In this document: piece after piece, positions 36,801 to 39,605 of the stretch
How positions within the stretch are numbered: position 1 is the stretch's first letter
Layout of the letters: each line of letters opens with the position of its first letter
Assembly (NCBI GenBank): GCA_040954595.2
Contig: JBECUI020000065.1
Coordinates: 1-39,605, forward strand
DNA: 39,605 bases
From: Balanoglossus misakiensis
Lineage: Eukaryota; Animalia; Hemichordata
Reading direction: 5' to 3'
Translations under genes and position numbers: made by a program
Notes under the pieces: generated by a model
Seen by the model: the letters and a program-made list of their open reading frames with translations, nothing else
What the model was told of the DNA's origin: nothing
Database searches by the model: none

Positions 36801-39605
36801 TGTTTTGAACTCTGGCGACGACACCAAATTGGCTGTGTTATTTAGTAAAGATGGAACCGATACGGACTTAGTAAGGGTTGTCTATTCCGATTCTTCCAGC
36901 GTTACCGTCCCTCTGGACAGTTTTGAATCTGTCGGGGACTTGGCGGCGGACATCTCCTTTGGTGATATTATTGATAGTGCTGGCAACCCCGTGGCGACTG
37001 AGGACGGCTTTACCGGTCCGATCCATGTGGATAGCACTGAGGTGACCTCGGCGCAAACTGGCTCGTTCGAGTTTGTGATTGATAATTTCCCTGACGAGGC
37101 TATCGGCAAGAGCATAACTCTGATTGCTAAAACCGATGACTTGAACGATAACCTTACTTCGGCTTTGAAATTTGGCACTATTGATACTGATACTGATTTG
37201 ATCGATATTGGTAATGGTTCGATCGATCCGGCTGGCATAAAATATTATGTCGGCGGCAGTCCAATTACCAGTTCCGGCGTGAGGACCACCATTACCGCCG
37301 ACACCTCTATCCATGTGTCGGTGCCGGTGAGTTTCAATGGTTGTGGCGGTACGGTCACCGGTCTCAGCATTCCGGTTCCCGAATTTTTTCAAATAGGGCT
37401 TTCCTGGCCAGCCGGGACAGCGACAAACGCTGATGGCACGTTGCCGCTTATCACTTGCGCCCCGCGGCCTGTTGGGCAAGTGGAACATGATGGGGCTGAC
37501 AGCCAATATTCCGATCAGGGAAGCTTTACTGATGTAGCTGGCCCGCAAATCGACAAAGCCGGCTTTGTCGAAGTCGGCAATGACGGCTATGTCGGCAATG
37601 ACGGCCAGCCTGTAGCGACAGGTGGTCGTTATATCGCCAGTGTCGGGAAATTGTCGCTGAGCAGGCTTTACACCAATCTTGCTGACAAGACATTATTTGA
37701 GACCGGCACCAGATTGCGAGTGTCGGCGTCAGGCGATATTGGCAATATCAAGGGCATAAGCATTTATGATGGGGAAATAGATGAGGCCACTGGCACTCAT
37801 CCCGGCTGGAGCGCGGCTGTTCCATTTGATACAGCCCTTTTCTCCGAGCAGGATATTACGATCAGCGGCGATATTCCCGATCTGATCATAGGGCTGGAGC
37901 TGGACGATACTATATTGCTCAGCAGTGGCGGTCTGAGCTTTTCTGCCTCTCTGCTGGCAGCGGACGGAAACCAAATAGGCGACCTTGCCATTTTGGACTC
38001 GTTTGCTCCGATTGTGATTGGCTCTTATGTCAGGGTCAGCCCTGCTGAGGTGCTTGATGGTGCTGGCACTCCCATTGCCGGGCTGAACGGCTTTACCCAA
38101 GCTATCAATGTGGACAGCAAATCAGTTAATTCTGTGCAGCAGGGCAGTTTTGAGTTCGAGCTAAGTAATTTCTCCGATTCAACTTTTAGCGGTGTGCCTG
38201 ATCTAAGCCTGAATATTGGCTCGGCCGGCACGGTGGATGCCGTCAGATTTTATCGCGCTGGTGTTTTGCTGGGGGATACCGGCACTATAGCAGGTAGCGA
38301 TACTATCGGAGTGGTAGTAGATTTAAGCTTCAATGGTTGCAGCGGAACTGTCACTGATATGGTTTTGTCGGATGCGGTTTTGACTCTCACGAATGCAGCG
38401 GGCGTTGTAACCGACACATTGTCCGTGGAATGGCCGGCGGACAGTTTCAGAAATAATGGCGATCCTCTGGATATATCCGATGACAGCTATCGTCTGATCA
38501 CTTGCGGTGACGCCTATAGCGTGACTTTGGCCTCGGATGAGGGCGCGAGCGACTCCAAATATGCCACGAATGGAACCGGCTTTGATACGGCGGTGGGCGA
38601 TGAAGCTGACAAGGCTCAGATCGGCACATTGTCTGTAAGCTATGACGGGATTGCTGGTGCGCGTTATCACACGGCGCTGAATGATCCTGCGGCTTATGTT
38701 TCCGATGATGCCGAGCTTAGCCTCGAATTGACCGCCACCAGCAACGGCATAGTAGCGTTTGCTGGCGAGCTGCAGGTTGGTGATAATGGAGTGCCCACGC
38801 CCTTGCAGATAGATGCCGGAGTGAGTACGGCAATGCCTGTCAGTGTAGCTGTTACAGACACGGGGACGCTGCCGGTTTATGTGAAAACGACAGCAACAGA
38901 CGCTTATCCCGGGCTGAGCTTTACCGCAACCAGCTTGAGCATGGCTTTGTCTGGAGCATCTGATCGGTTCAGCTATCCTGTTGCTGATGTGCCTGTTGCC
39001 CTGGACGGGTTTGAGTCAGCGGTGCTTCCCATCGAGATTGGCAATATTACCAATATTAATGTCGGCTTTGCGAGCAGCATCAATGTTGACCAGAGCGAGG
39101 TGGTTTCCAGTCAGTCCGATTTGATCAGGACAGGTGAATTCAAGTTTCTGTTCAAAAATGTCAATTTTTCAGGTCAGGATCCGGTCTTGAATTTTGGCCA
39201 GATCGCTGGCGGCGATTTGAACTGGGTTTATTTTGTCAGAGCCAGTGGAGTGGACGGCTATTTTGGCATGATGGCGAGTCTGATCTTTGAGGGTTGCGAC
39301 ATTGCTCCGGATGGTTTGGTGTTGCCGTCTCCGACTCTTACCTTGCCCGGAAGTGCTACCAGTACTGACGACGACATAGAAGTGCAGCTTTATTGGCCAA
39401 ATGGTGCTGCGGATTTCACCGCCATCACTTGTGCGACTGCTCCTTCGGTGTCGCTCTTGTCCGATACCGATTCGGTAGGCGGTAATAGCGAATATTCTCT
39501 GGCGGGCGGGTTTGCCAGCAATAATGGTCCGCAAATCGGCAAAACCGGCTTTACCGAAGTCGGCAATGACGGCCAGGTCGGGAATGACGGCCAGCCTGTA
39601 GCGAC
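24560..39605 (+). repeat. Divergent tandem repeat array of gene 3 (at least 14 unit starts, spanning the frameshift)
   Basis: Anchors at about 24614, 25982, 27092, 28172, 29168, 30209, 31289, 32738, 33776, 34870, 35893, 37024, 38107 and 39082. Each is followed by an FEF-like motif, FxGC, a second Cys and a DSxY-like motif. Confidence 0.85.
33859..39605 (+). CDS. Frameshifted continuation of giant protein 3 (1915 codons, open to the window end, missing from the ORF track)
   Basis: I translated frame +1 by hand from ggg cat att gct ttg agc (33859) to the window end and found no stop. It completes the interrupted unit (...VNFPGCD...IITCGEA...DTEY...SQYYTSL...RPKLNF...LDGF) and adds five more unit starts. 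It has no signal peptide of its own. Confidence 0.88.

Noticed and set aside
375-39534. Dozens of 60-360 aa ORFs on the minus strand and in alternative plus frames
   Set aside because: They lie within or overlap the giant CDSs, repeat along with them and have no recognisable protein features. They are shadow ORFs caused by biased codon usage.

Overview
Almost the whole window is + strand coding sequence for a tandem cluster of three giant, acidic, Ala/Gly/Ser/Thr/Asp-rich paralogous proteins. Gene 1 is <1..6156, truncated by the window start. Gene 2 is ~6474..22037, about 5190 aa. Gene 3 runs from 22418 past the window end; it is interrupted by a single -1 frameshift near 33860 and would be >5700 aa if joined. 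All three are built from a ~330-aa (~1.0 kb) beta-rich tandem repeat that I cannot assign to a named family. Each unit has an A half carrying a conserved Cys pair and a B half. Genes 1 and 2 end in a near-identical ~475-aa C-terminal module. Genes 2 and 3 share an extended Sec-type signal peptide and a conserved promoter/RBS block. Gene 3 also has a unique N-terminal helical domain with periodic Cys, followed by an RRRRSSR site. The repeat units are DNA-level mosaics of each other, within and between genes, which suggests recombinational shuffling of a variable surface-protein (adhesin or S-layer-like) family. I found no RNA genes, CRISPR array, transposase, recombinase, reverse transcriptase or secretion machinery. 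Function and host taxonomy (possibly alphaproteobacterial) are inference only.
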